A stretch of DNA of 64,000 bases from an uncultured Verrucomicrobiae bacterium (GTDB taxonomy: Bacteria > Verrucomicrobiota > Verrucomicrobiia > Chthoniobacterales > UBA10450): NCBI GenBank assembly GCA_963834385.1, contig CAWIBO010000005.1, positions 352,001 to 416,000 on the forward strand, read 5' to 3'. Both the position numbers and the translations under genes were made by a program. The notes under the pieces are model-generated. The model was not told the DNA's origin. It worked only from the letters and a program-made list of their open reading frames with translations, and made no database searches. Each line of letters starts with the position of its first letter. Within the stretch, counting starts at the first letter, position 1. Below, one piece after another: positions 51,162 to 63,382 of this stretch.

Positions 51162-53732
51162 ATGAAAACTCTTATCCCGTCTCTCTGCCTTGCCTGTGCC
51201 ATTTCGCTGCTTGGGCCGGTCATGCCGGTTCAGGCAGGCTGTGATGACACCTATCTCCCGGATTCTGACGGGGATGGCTATGGCGATTCAAACCAGCCGA
51301 CAAATTCGCAGGAGTGCACACCCCCGCCTGGATATGTCTACGAGTCCGAAGGCGGTGATTGTGACGATAGCAATCCCAACGTTCACCCTGGCGCGGCCGA
51401 GGTTTGCGACGGGCTGGACAACGACTGCAACAATCAGATTGACGATAATCCGACCGACGCGCCGACGTTTTATCCAGACGCGGATGGAGACGGCTACGGG
51501 GAACCGCACAATTCCAGGACGGACATGTGCGAGGGAAACAGCGACTACGTCCTGGATAACACGGATTGCAACGACAACGATTCCAGCATCAACCCGGGTG
51601 CTCAGGAGGTTTGCGACGGGGTGGACAACAACTGCAACGGTTTTATGCCCGGAACCACTCGGGTAGCCCCGGGCGGCGATGGCATCGATGAAGGGGTCAC
51701 GACGACCTACTACTACGACGGGGACGGGGATGGCTACGGGGACGAGAACAACACCATCGAGGATTGCTCGCCACCGCCTGGTTACGTCGAGGGAACCAGC
51801 GAATTTGATTGTAACGACGCTGACGCCAATGCCTTTCCGGGGAACTCTGAGATCTGCGACGGGGTGGATAATGACTGCAACGGGCAGATTGACGACAATC
51901 CGACCGACGCGCCGACGCTTTATTATGACGGGGACGGGGACGGTTACGGCGACCCGAATAATTCCCGAAACGATTCGTGCGCTTTGGGTAATGGCTATGG
52001 CTTCGACAACACTGATTGCGACGACAACGAAGCGACGACCAACCCAGGCGCGGAGGAGGTCTGTGACGGGGTGGATAACAACTGCAGCGGCGCCAACGGG
52101 AACGTGACGCGGATAGCGGTCAACGGCCATATCGATGAAGGCGTCAAGAACACCTATTATCGCGACGCGGACGGGGACGGTTTTGGAAACATGGGCGACA
52201 CCACGGAGGCGTGTTCGCCGCCGCCGGGTTATGTGGAGGATTCAACCGATTGCGATGATACCAACTCGGACGTGAATCCCGCGGCGCAGGAAACCTGCGA
52301 CGGGTTGGACAACGATTGCGACAATGAGGTCGATGAAGGGGTAAAATCCACCTTCTACCACGATGGCGACAGCGACGGCTACGGCGATCCGAACGATCCG
52401 CAGGAAGGGTGCAGTGAGACCGCGGGTTACGTGACCGACAGTTCGGATTGCGACGACAATGATCCCGCGATTAATCCCGCCGCCACGGAAACCTGCGACG
52501 GCGCCGATAACGACTGCAATACCGTCGTCGACGATGACTACTCGACTGACGCGCAAACGGGGTATCAAGACTCCGATGGCGATGGCTACGGAGATCCATC
52601 GGTCTCGTTCCACAGTTGCCAGGTGAACTGGCCTTCGGGTTATGTCCCGGATGGCACCGATTGCAATGACGCCGAGGCCGATGCCTACCCGGGGAACACC
52701 GAGGTCTGCGACGGGCTCGATAACGACTGCGACATGATGGTTGATGAGGGATTCCCAGACCTCGACAACGACACCATGGCAGATTGCGTCGACTCGGATG
52801 ACGACAACGACGGAGTCCCGGACACGGAGGACAACTGCCCGACGGTTTCCAACGCCGACCAGGCCGACAGCGACAACAACATGGTGGGCGATTTCTGCGA
52901 CGGGCAGAGGAACTTCGCCAACCTCTCCACCCGGGCCGAGGTCGGCACGGGTGAGGATGTCGAGATCGGCGGATTTATCACGCAGCCCGATGCGTTGCTC
53001 TTCCGGGCCAACCAGGCGCGGGCGCTGATCATCCCCGACAAGAAAATCCTGATTCGCGGAATTGGGCCTTCCATGGGAATGCCGGGCTACCTGGCCGATC
53101 CGTTCCTCGAGTTGTTCGACAGCAACGGGGTCTCGGTGGCCAGCAATGATAACTGGGGCGATTCGCCCGATGCCGCGGAGATCCAGGCCCTTGGCCTGGC
53201 GCCGGGCAATGCGAGCGAGTCGGCCATCCTGGCCACGGTGCCGGGAGACAGCAGCTACACCGCCGTCCTGAGCGGGGTTGCAGACGGCACCGGTCTGGGA
53301 CTGGTTGAGATTTATGATCTGAGCTTCAACAACGGCGCGCACCTGGCGAACATCTCCACCCGCGCTTTTGTCCAAACCAACGACGAGGTCCTGATCGGCG
53401 GTGTAATTGTGCGCGGCGCCGAAGGCGGACAGATGGTGGTGCGCGGGATCGGTCCCTCGCTGGACGCGCATGGCATCGCCAATCCGCTGGAGGACCCGGT
53501 GCTCGAGTTGCATGACGAGAACGGAAACCTGCTCGCGATGAACGACGACTGGGGTGATTCCCCGAATGCCCTGGCGATTGCCGCCATCGGGCTGGCGCCG
53601 ACGGATGAAAAAGAAGCGGCGCTCCTCTTCGAACCCGGGACGGCCAACTACACCGCCGTGCTGAAGGGAAAGAACGACGGGACCGGTGTCGCGGTGGTGG
53701 AAGCCTATTGGGTGAACCAGATCCTTGAATAA
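51162..53732 (+). CDS. Exported Asp/Cys-rich repeat protein (MopE-like metal-binding repeats, TSP3-like repeat) with two NISTR modules
   Basis: About seven DCDD..P..HPGA.E.CDG.DNDC units alternating with YxDxDGDGYG; DDDNDGVPDTEDNCP; FANLSTR and LANISTR. Confidence 0.85.
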   Translation: MKTLIPSLCLACAISLLGPVMPVQAGCDDTYLPDSDGDGYGDSNQPTNSQECTPPPGYVYESEGGDCDDSNPNVHPGAAEVCDGLDNDCNNQIDDNPTDAPTFYPDADGDGYGEPHNSRTDMCEGNSDYVLDNTDCNDNDSSINPGAQEVCDGVDNNCNGFMPGTTRVAPGGDGIDEGVTTTYYYDGDGDGYGDENNTIEDCSPPPGYVEGTSEFDCNDADANAFPGNSEICDGVDNDCNGQIDDNPTDAPTLYYDGDGDGYGDPNNSRNDSCALGNGYGFDNTDCDDNEATTNPGAEEVCDGVDNNCSGANGNVTRIAVNGHIDEGVKNTYYRDADGDGFGNMGDTTEACSPPPGYVEDSTDCDDTNSDVNPAAQETCDGLDNDCDNEVDEGVKSTFYHDGDSDGYGDPNDPQEGCSETAGYVTDSSDCDDNDPAINPAATETCDGADNDCNTVVDDDYSTDAQTGYQDSDGDGYGDPSVSFHSCQVNWPSGYVPDGTDCNDAEADAYPGNTEVCDGLDNDCDMMVDEGFPDLDNDTMADCVDSDDDNDGVPDTEDNCPTVSNADQADSDNNMVGDFCDGQRNFANLSTRAEVGTGEDVEIGGFITQPDALLFRANQARALIIPDKKILIRGIGPSMGMPGYLADPFLELFDSNGVSVASNDNWGDSPDAAEIQALGLAPGNASESAILATVPGDSSYTAVLSGVADGTGLGLVEIYDLSFNNGAHLANISTRAFVQTNDEVLIGGVIVRGAEGGQMVVRGIGPSLDAHGIANPLEDPVLELHDENGNLLAMNDDWGDSPNALAIAAIGLAPTDEKEAALLFEPGTANYTAVLKGKNDGTGVAVVEAYWVNQILE

Positions 53733-54210
53733 GGTTTCACCGCAGAGGCGCTGAGGACGCGGAGGGGGCGGAATTTACCACAGAGGGCACGGAGGGCACA
53801 GGAGAGGCCGGTAGGGCGAGATTTCCAATGGAGGGACCTGCTTCCGCAGGTCCAAGGACGAGCGGAAGCTCGTCCCTCCGCCCGGGGAAGCGGCGCTTTG
53901 GGAAGACAGGATTAACCGGATGGACAGGATTTCGGAGACGGAAGGCACCGCGCGTGGGGTGTTCGCGGCGCATGCTCCCAGGCTCCGCGGAGCGTCGCCC
54001 CACCGGTGGGGCGAACGCACCATTCACGATTCACAACGCACCATTCACGCCCGTCGCTTCCCCCGGTAGGGCGAGACTCTGTCGAGCCTGAGAGCACGGG
54101 TTCCAATGGAGGGACCTGCTTCCGCAGGTCCAAGGACGAGCGGAAGCTCGTCCCTCCGCCTAGAGAATCGGCGCTTGGGGGGACAGGATTAACAGGATGA
54201 CACAGGATTT
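53733..54210 (+). repeat. Composite modular repeat, copy 2 (expanded)
   Basis: CGCAGAGG module, GGAG-REP doublet (53829-53879 and 54107-54157), CAGGAT module twice, GTAG-REPs, (ATTCACG)n. Confidence 0.85.
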
Positions 54211-54407
54211 TGGAGAAGGAGAAACAGGGCGCGTGGGGTGCCTGGGAGTTTTCTGCTGAAAAGCCGAGAAGGTTCTTGCCCTCTCTTCCTTGCAAGCGCA
54301 CGATCGCCTCGTCGCATGGTGCGAGGAGCGCCCGGTCCGTTCGACACCAGAGAATAGTCAAGAGAGCAGTGGCCGGGGCAGGGGTGGTTGAAACCAAGGA
54401 TCACCCT

Positions 54408-57110
54408 ATGCAGAACACGCAATCTCCCACGACCACTCCGGCTCTTCGCCGGAAAACTGGGCCGGGTTCGGCCTTCGCTCTCTTTCTCGTTCTTCTCGCT
54501 GCCGGGAGCACGAATCTCCAGGCCAATGGATCCATTGACACCTGTGTCGATCCGCCGGCCGACATGGTGGCCTGGTGGCCGGGCGATGCAAACGCCGAGG
54601 ATCTCCAGGGCGATCACGATGGGGCCCTGGTCGGCGACGCCCATGCAAATGCCCCGGGAAAGGTCAGCAGCGCTTTCGAGTTCAACGGCATCAATGCCCG
54701 TGTTCACGTCAAGGATGCGGTGGCCCTGAACCCAACGCAGGAGATCACCGTGGATGCGTGGGTGCGGACGGCCAACGTCGCCGATTTTCAAGGCTTGATC
54801 AGCAAGTTTGATCATTCCAACGGCAGTTCGACCGACGATTCCTATCAGCTCTCAATCGAGACGGGCGGGACCGTGCGGTGGCAGATTGTGACGAGCGACA
54901 ACTCCTCGGGCTACATCGTGGATTCGCCCGGGCTGGTGGCGGACGGCACCTGGCATCACGTTGCCGGCACCTACGACGGCATGAAGGCCCGACTTTACGT
55001 CGACGGTGTTGAAGTCGCGATGGTCGACGCCACGGGCACGATCGTCGACAGTAGTACGCCGCTTTACCTGGGAGCCAGCCGCCAGAACAACGCGGACGCC
55101 GGTTTCCTGCTTGGTTCGCTGGACGAGGTGGAAATTTTTCAGCGCGCCCTGAGCGCCACGGAGATTCACACGTTGTTTGAGGCCGACAGCTTCGGCAAAT
55201 GCAAGTGCACCCCGCCGCCTCCGGACATGATCAGCTGGTGGCAGGGTGAAGGGAATGGGGACGATATCATCGGGCACAACACGGTCTCCGACCCGGGCAC
55301 GGGCTTTGGCTATGGCAGCGGCAAGGTGGGGCAGGCCTTTAGCTTTGATGGCATGCAGTATGCCACCGCCGGCACTCCGGCGAGCCTGGTCATCACCGGG
55401 AGTCAGGTCTCACTCGATGGCTGGATCAAGCCCACGCCGATGAATCCGACGGGTCTCTACATGGGAAGGAGTGTTTCGGGTGGAAACGATTACGCTATTC
55501 TTTACGTCAACGGCTGCTGCAGCGCGGTGGTCAAAACAACGGCAAACGGGGAAGTGTTTGTCCCCTCGATGTTCACTCCGCCGACGGATGAGTGGACTCA
55601 TGTGGCCATGACCTACGACGGCGACCAACATCCGTCTCTACGCCAACGGCCTGGAAGTGGGGTCGCCGCCCAGACGGGCACTATCTCCGATTCTGGTGCG
55701 CCCTTCAACATCGGCGGGCGCGGCGATGGGCTTGAGTTCACCGGGCTGATTGACGAGGTCGAGGTTTTCGCCCGCGCCCTCGCGGAATCTGAAATCGCGG
55801 CGATTTACCGGGCCGGGAGCGCAGGGAAATGTGTGCCGTGCGAGACCTATACCGGCGTCTTCGAACAAGGCCAGCTCGCCCCGGCGGCCGCTGCCCAGGG
55901 TTGGGTGGAATTTCGTAACTCTCTGCAGCCACTGAAATATGTCAGCGTCAACATCAGGGGAAGTTTCGAGCCGGTGGGCCGAACCCTGAATGACCCAGTC
56001 ATTGTTCCGCAGATCGCCGAGGCGCTCCGGGATGGATTTGCCGGCTCCTGGGATGCGGACGGTTTCACCTGGAATGTTGGAGTAAATTGCGGAGGCGATG
56101 AATACGCAAATAGCGTCGAGTTGAACTCCAACGTCCTGGATGATATTGGCACCTGCGCCTGCCCCCAAAGTCCGAGCTACATCGTCCGTCCGAACATCGG
56201 AAACTCCAACTGGGGCGGCGTCAATTCGACGACTTGCAGCGCGCCAAGCCAGACGATCACAGTCTCCTTCTGTGGTCCGCCGCCCGAGGTGCCGCGCCGT
56301 TTTGCCAATATCTCCGCGCGAGCGCAGGTGGGGACCGGTGAAGACGTCGCCATTGGAGGTGTCATTATCCGGCACGAGGATGGCACCGTCCGGACCAGTC
56401 CTGTTCCGGACAAGAAGCTGCTCATCCGCGGCCTCGGACCATCCACCGGCCTGGGCGGAGCATTGTCGGATCCTTACCTGATCCTCTTCGACAGCAACGG
56501 CATGGCGGTCGGATTTAACAACGACTGGGGGAATGCGGCCAACGCCAGCGAGATCAGCGCCACCGGACTGGCGCCGCTCGACCCGCAGGAAGCCGCCATC
56601 CTCATCGTCGCTCCGGGAGACATGTCCTACACCGCTATCCTGGGGGGCGTGGGCGACACCACCGGTCTGGGCTTGCTCGAGATCTACGATCTTGAGGTGG
56701 GTGCCAGTAGCTACCTGGCCAACATGTCCACCCGGGCCCGGGTCGGCACGGATGACGACGTTCTCATCGGCGGCTTTATCATGCGGGGCGATATCACCAG
56801 GGAGGTGGTCCTGCGGGCGATCGGACCCTCTCTTCCCGGCGTGGCTGATCCCCTGGAGGATCCGGTCCTCGAGTTGCACGACGCCAACGGTGCGCTGGTC
56901 GACATGAACGACGACTGGATCGACTCGCCCCAGGCCGCGCACATCACGGCTCACGGTCTGGCGCCGACAGATGATTTCGAATCGGCGATTGTTTTCACCC
57001 CGGCATCCGACAATTACACCGCGATCGTTCGGGGGAGGAATGGCGGGACCGGGGTGGCCCTGGTGGAAGCGTACCTGGTGGTGCCGCTGCCGAGTATTTG
57101 TCCGCCGTAG
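54408..57110 (+). CDS. Exported protein with two LamG-like jellyroll domains, a Cys-containing domain and two NISTR modules
   Basis: WHHVAGTYDG..RLYVDG, GSLDEVEIF.RALS twice; FANISARAQVGTG and LANMSTRARVGT; compensating indels near 55625-55665. Confidence 0.85.
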   Translation: MQNTQSPTTTPALRRKTGPGSAFALFLVLLAAGSTNLQANGSIDTCVDPPADMVAWWPGDANAEDLQGDHDGALVGDAHANAPGKVSSAFEFNGINARVHVKDAVALNPTQEITVDAWVRTANVADFQGLISKFDHSNGSSTDDSYQLSIETGGTVRWQIVTSDNSSGYIVDSPGLVADGTWHHVAGTYDGMKARLYVDGVEVAMVDATGTIVDSSTPLYLGASRQNNADAGFLLGSLDEVEIFQRALSATEIHTLFEADSFGKCKCTPPPPDMISWWQGEGNGDDIIGHNTVSDPGTGFGYGSGKVGQAFSFDGMQYATAGTPASLVITGSQVSLDGWIKPTPMNPTGLYMGRSVSGGNDYAILYVNGCCSAVVKTTANGEVFVPSMFTPPTDEWTHVAMTYDGDQHPSLRQRPGSGVAAQTGTISDSGAPFNIGGRGDGLEFTGLIDEVEVFARALAESEIAAIYRAGSAGKCVPCETYTGVFEQGQLAPAAAAQGWVEFRNSLQPLKYVSVNIRGSFEPVGRTLNDPVIVPQIAEALRDGFAGSWDADGFTWNVGVNCGGDEYANSVELNSNVLDDIGTCACPQSPSYIVRPNIGNSNWGGVNSTTCSAPSQTITVSFCGPPPEVPRRFANISARAQVGTGEDVAIGGVIIRHEDGTVRTSPVPDKKLLIRGLGPSTGLGGALSDPYLILFDSNGMAVGFNNDWGNAANASEISATGLAPLDPQEAAILIVAPGDMSYTAILGGVGDTTGLGLLEIYDLEVGASSYLANMSTRARVGTDDDVLIGGFIMRGDITREVVLRAIGPSLPGVADPLEDPVLELHDANGALVDMNDDWIDSPQAAHITAHGLAPTDDFESAIVFTPASDNYTAIVRGRNGGTGVALVEAYLVVPLPSICPP

Positions 57111-57367
57111 GGTTTCACCGCGGAGGCGCAGAGGACGCAGAGGGGGCGGAATTTACCACTGAGGGCACGGAGGGCACGGAGGGGAGGAGGGCGGCTGGGG
57201 GATGGCGTGGCCGGTGGGGAGAGGACAGGATTAACAGGATGGACAGGATTTCAGACGACAGGGAACGCGTGAGGTGTTAGCGGCGCGTGCTCCCAGGCTC
57301 GACGGAGTCTCGCCCTACCGGTGAAGCTTCACCCTATTCACGATTCACGACTCACCATTCACGCCCA
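57111..57367 (+). repeat. Composite modular repeat, copy 3
   Basis: CGCAGAGG module, GACAGGATTAACAGGATGGACAGGATT, inverted GTAG-REP, (ATTCACG)n. Confidence 0.85.
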
Positions 57368-57383
57368 TCATCACTAACAGGTG

Positions 57384-57516
57384 ATTGCCTCCACGTGAGG
57401 CTTTGGAGGCAAGGGGATTGGCCCGCCCGGCCCATCCGAGGAAGGAGCCCTGGCCTCAGGGGCCTTCTTTCTTTTTGAAAATTGCCTCCACGTGAGGCTT
57501 TGGAGGCAAGGGGATT
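57384..57516. repeat. 36-bp perfect direct repeat duplicating the tRNA-Ala(TGC) 3' end and trailer
   Basis: attgcctccacgtgaggctttggaggcaaggggatt at 57384-57419 and 57481-57516. Confidence 0.9.
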
Positions 57517-57573
57517 CGAACCCCTGACATCCAGCTTGCAAAGCTGGCGCTCTACCAACTGAGCTATGCCCCC
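57501..57573 (-). tRNA. tRNA-Ala(TGC)
   Basis: GGGGGCATAGCTCAGTTGGTAGAGCG-CCAGC TT TGC AA GCTGG-ATGTCAGGGGTTCGAATCCCCTTGCCTCCA. Confidence 0.96.
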
Positions 57574-57856
57574 GATTGAGCCGGGAATGTCGGGCGGGCC
57601 GGGGTGAATTCAAGGAGGAACCACGGGGCCGCCGGATCGGTACACAAAAATGCCGAACCGCGATTTGAGGTCGCTGTTCGGCATCTTGTTCATGTCCAGC
57701 AAAGACTGAATTGTGCGTTACTCGTCTTGTTTTTCTTAGGCCTCCCGCTCTTTCGAGCGGGGAGGTCTTCACGGCATGTCATGGTTTCCGAAGAATCCAT
57801 GGGTTAGCCGTCGACCTATTCAAACCACCGGCGAGCAAGCTCGTGGTGATTGAATA

Positions 57857-59428
<1,572 letters not shown>

Positions 59429-59603
59429 AAACGGTGAGACCCTTGCGAGCCTCAAAGTTTGCGCCGGCGCTCTGCTACGAGCCCGGCTCTGACCATTCTA
59501 AATCTGCCTCCGCCTTCCCGTGGGAAGGGGAAACAGGTTCGTCCGATCAATGAATCTTTTCCCGGTGGTGAAACCGGTAAAGTTTTTGTTCAAAGAATAC
59601 TTA

Positions 59604-59632
59604 ACGAATAACGCACAATTCAATTTTCGCTG
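59604..59632 (-). other. 5' arm of the 16S processing stem (pairs with 57697-57725)
   Basis: acgaataacgcacaattcaattttcgctg is a near-perfect reverse complement of cagcaaagactgaattgtgcgttactcgt. Confidence 0.75.
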
Positions 59633-59705
59633 ACTTACACATTTCAAATCCTGTCATCCGCCACCTTCACAGGCGACGCGTCGTGTGCAGGACTCAAAAC
59701 CAGAC

Positions 59706-59717
59706 TTTCAAAGAGCA
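59706..59717 (-). promoter_or_regulatory. rrn boxA antitermination element
   Basis: TGCTCTTTGAAA in the 16S leader. Confidence 0.7.
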
Positions 59718-59834
59718 ACCGTTCCGCCTCGGTACAAAGCAAAAGCCGACCCTGCCAGTGACTGACAACATCGGCTCGACTTGAGCCAGGAAGAACATCC
59801 GGCTTCTACCGGACCCGCACGGTGCGGGACGAGC

Positions 59835-59884
59835 AAGATAGTGTGGTCGCCCGACCCCGCAAGCACAATTTTTCAGATTTTTTT
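59835..59884 (-). promoter_or_regulatory. Putative rrn promoter
   Basis: TTGCGG-N16-TATCTT, GC-rich discriminator, upstream A-tracts (UP-like). Confidence 0.55.
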
Positions 59885-59923
59885 CCGGGGAACGCCGGGC
59901 AGGTTTTCCCCGCTTTTCCGGCC

Positions 59924-60304
59924 TTATCGCCGGGCGTGCACCAGGACCACGATCCGTCCGTCGCCGTTCCGGGCCCGGCAATTCCGCTTCGCGGCCCGAC
60001 GGGCTGCATCCGCGGTCGTGGCCCAGGAGGATCCCCAGCCGCCCGGGTTCTCATCCGAAATCGCCAGGGCCAGCCAGGCGTTCCGGGCCCACTTGGTCAC
60101 GGCGTCGCGGCTGCCGCACTCGCGCCGGGCGCGGTAAAGCGCTTCTTCCACGCTGGTGTAGCCATTGGCATAGCCGTAACGCCCCGTGCGCGGTGAATAG
60201 GCAAAGGCCGCGTAGTAATTCTGGCCGGCCGCTTCCACCAGTCCACTGGTTCCAAGAAGGCAGGCGGCGATGGTCAGAAGAAACAGAAAACGGCGTTTTG
60301 TCAT
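59924..60304 (-). CDS. Exported DUF4189-like protein
   Basis: Signal peptide; YAAFAYSPRTGRYGYA...A...A..EC, WG..WA...A...A..NC. Confidence 0.75.
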   Translation of the reverse strand: MTKRRFLFLLTIAACLLGTSGLVEAAGQNYYAAFAYSPRTGRYGYANGYTSVEEALYRARRECGSRDAVTKWARNAWLALAISDENPGGWGSSWATTADAARRAAKRNCRARNGDGRIVVLVHARR

Positions 60305-60429
60305 AAGCGGCGGAGTCTGCCTTCTCCCTCTGGCAGGTCAAGAATCATCTCCCCTTCCTGCCCGAAAACCTTTTGCGCCGACGCCAGGATTGGTGAGAGT
60401 GCGCGCCGTTCCCTGCGCTTCCTCCCCCG

Positions 60430-63076
60430 ATGAAGTTTTCCTGTCCTCATTGCCACCGCCCCCTCGAGCTGGACGACGCCCGCGCAGGCAGCCGGATCGA
60501 TTGTCCGATGTGCCACGGCGCGCTCACCGTGCCGCAGTCGGCACCGCCCCCGGGACCGCGCGGCCCCGGCCGGGCCCCGCCGGTGCGCGCGCCGCTGCAG
60601 CCCGCGCGTCCGGTTGGGCCGCCGCGGAGGCGCCGTCGCAGCCTCGGCTGTGGCAACATGCTGCTTTTTCTGGTCGCGCTGGCCGTGGGCGGCTTTTTTT
60701 ATGCCATGTATCGATGGCAGGAAACGCCCGACCGAGACCTGGCATCGGCTGGTCGCGATGGCCCGGGCTTACCTCGCCCCGACACCGGCGCCGACACCAG
60801 TAGTCGAAACCACGCCGGTGCCGCATCCCATGGTCACGCCCGCTCCGGCGGCGGAAGCGACACCGGCACCCGATCCGCTGGCCTGGCTGGCGGAGCACCG
60901 CTCCGCCTGGCCCAGGGAGATTGTCCTGCAGGACGCCTTTGAGTTCCCGGCCGTTTCCCAGGGCCGGGTGGCCGGTTCGTTGATGGTCCCGGCGGGAACG
61001 AAGGTGGGGCTCATCGAATGGGAGCGGGACGAACTGCTCGTGGAACATCTCGGTGGGCGCCGCCGGGTGCCGCTGGCCAAGACGGATCTGCGCGCGCGGG
61101 CCGTCGCGGCCATGGCCGAGGCGGCACGTGACCGGGCCCGGCTGGCGGCGCTTCCCGCCGCCGCGCCCGAACTCTCTCCGGAAATGATCCGCGAAGCCTC
61201 GGAGGAGGAAATTCGACGCGGCCTGGGCGCTCATTACACCCGGGCGGCCACCAGTTTTCGTCTCTTTGCGCCGCGCGCGAAAGAGGTGAGCGTCGTCCTT
61301 TATGCGCAGGCGACGGGCGAGGAAGGCCGGACGGTGATTCCCCTGCGCCGGCAGGCAAACGATCTCTGGGAGGGGACGGTGAAAGGCGATCTCCAGGGGC
61401 GTTATTACAATTTCCTCCTCGAAGGGAACGCCGGGGATTCCACGCGGGAAGTGCTCGATCCTTATGCGGTCAGCACGGTGGCCGACAGTTCACGCGCGCG
61501 GATCACACCGTTGACCCGGCCGGTGCCGCGCGGTCCCCGCCTGGCTTCGCCCACGGACGCGGTGATTTACGAGATGCACGTGCGCGATTTCACGGTGGCG
61601 CCGAGTTCCGGGGTGGAACGCGCCGGCCTTTACCTGGGCTGGACCGAGGGCGGGACGCGTCTGCCCGGCGACGAAACGATCACGACCGCGCTCGATCACC
61701 TGGTCGAGCTGGGGGTGACCCATGTGCAGTTGATGCCGGTGCACGATTTCGAGAATGACGAGTCGGCCCGCGGCTACAACTGGGGCTACATCACGAGCGC
61801 GTTTTTTTCCCCGGAGGGAATGTTCGCGACCGACCCGGACAATGGCAGCCGGGTTCGGGAACTGAAGGCGCTGATCGCGGCGCTGCATGAGCGCGGGATC
61901 GGGGTGATCCTCGATGTGGTCTACAATCATACCTCCGGGCGGGCCTCGCTCCTGCAGATCGCGCCGGAGCACTATTACAGGCACTGGCCGGACGGATCGC
62001 TCGCCGACGGGGCGGCCTGCGGCAACGAAGTGCGGAGCGAGGCGCCCATGACCCGCCGGCTGATCCTCGATTCGCTCAAGTTCTGGGTGACCGAGTACGG
62101 GGTGGACGGGTTCCGTTTCGACCTGATGGCGTTGCTCGACCAGGAAACGATGAAACAGGCCGGCCGGGAACTGCGCGCCCTCAACCCCGACATCCTGCTT
62201 TACGGCGAACCGTGGCTGGCGAAGGAGACGCCGCTGCGCAGCCGGACGGACAAAGGCGCGCTGAAACAGGTGCCGGTGGGCGCCTTCAACGACGATTTTC
62301 GCAATGCTCTCAAGGGTTTGCCCGACGGCGGGGAACCGGGCTGGATCCAAAACGGGACGCGGGTCGAGGAACTAAAGAAGGCGATGCTGGTGAGCGACTG
62401 GTTCGCGTCCCCGGCGCAGTCGATCAATTACATGACGTGTCACGACAACCTTGTCCTGTGGGACAAGCTCGGGCAGTCGATGCCCGGGGCGGGCGAGGAT
62501 CTGAAGATCGCGACGATGAAGCTCGGTTATCTGGCCCTGTTCACTTCGCAGGGCGTTCCGTTTTTCCACGGCGGCGAAGAGTTCGCCCGCACCAAGGGCG
62601 GCCATCACAATTCCTACGAAGCGCCTGATAGCGTGAACCAGGTGGATTGGGAGCGGAAGCGCGAATACTCGGACCTGAACAAGTGGGTTCGCGACCTGAT
62701 CGCGCTGCGCAAGGCGCACCCGCTCTTCCGGCTGCAGACAACCGCGCAGGTGCGGTCGCGGGTGCAATTCCAGCGCGTCCCGGACGAGCGGGTGCTCATG
62801 TATGCCATCAACGGCTCCGGGCTCCCCGGTGAAGAATGGAAACGGGTTTGTGTGATCCTGAACAGCGCCAGCGACGAGGAGATTGAGGTCCGGTTGCCGG
62901 CCGGGGAATGGCGGGTGGCCCTCGAACCGACGACGCCGGCCGGGAGCGTTTTCGGGGAACCGGATGGCGCGGCGGCGAAAGCGGCAATCACATCGGAAAG
63001 TGGCGCAGCCTCGCGTCGGGTTTCAGGGAAGCTCCTGTTGCCGCGCAAATCGGGCATTGTTCTTTATCAGCGCTGA
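60430..63076 (+). CDS. pulA: Type I pullulanase (GH13) with N-terminal zinc ribbon and TM anchor (frameshift near 60730)
   Basis: CPHC...CPMC and a TM helix in ORF 60430..60942; IYEMHVRDF, YNWGY, DVVYNH, DGFRFDLM, YGEPW, CHDN in ORF 60614..63076. Confidence 0.85.
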
Positions 63077-63371
63077 TTTTACCGCGGAGACGCAGAGGAC
63101 GCAGAGAGGCGGATTTGAGGACACCATTTACGATTCACGACTCACTATTCACGCCCATCGCTCCCCCGGTAGGGCGAGACTCTGTCGAGCCTGGGGGCAG
63201 GCGCGGCCCCGCTGAAGAGGACAGGATTAACAGGATGGACAGGATTTCAGGAGAAGGGGGCACATCGCGTGAGGTGTTAGCGACGCGTGCTCCCAGGCTC
63301 CGCGGAGCGTCGCCCTACCGAGAGGTCGCTCGCCTACCATTCACGATTCACGATTCACCATTCACGCCCCT
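63077..63371 (+). repeat. Composite modular repeat, copy 4
   Basis: CGCAGAGG module, (ATTCACG)n, GTAG-REP, CAGGAT module, inverted GTAG-REP, (ATTCACG)n. Confidence 0.85.
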
Positions 63372-63382
63372 CGTGCCCGCCA

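Noticed and set aside
53733..54210. Possible CRISPR array (repeats with variable spacers)
   Set aside because: Modules differ in sequence and orientation, spacing is irregular and no cas genes are present; fits REP/BIME-like mosaics better
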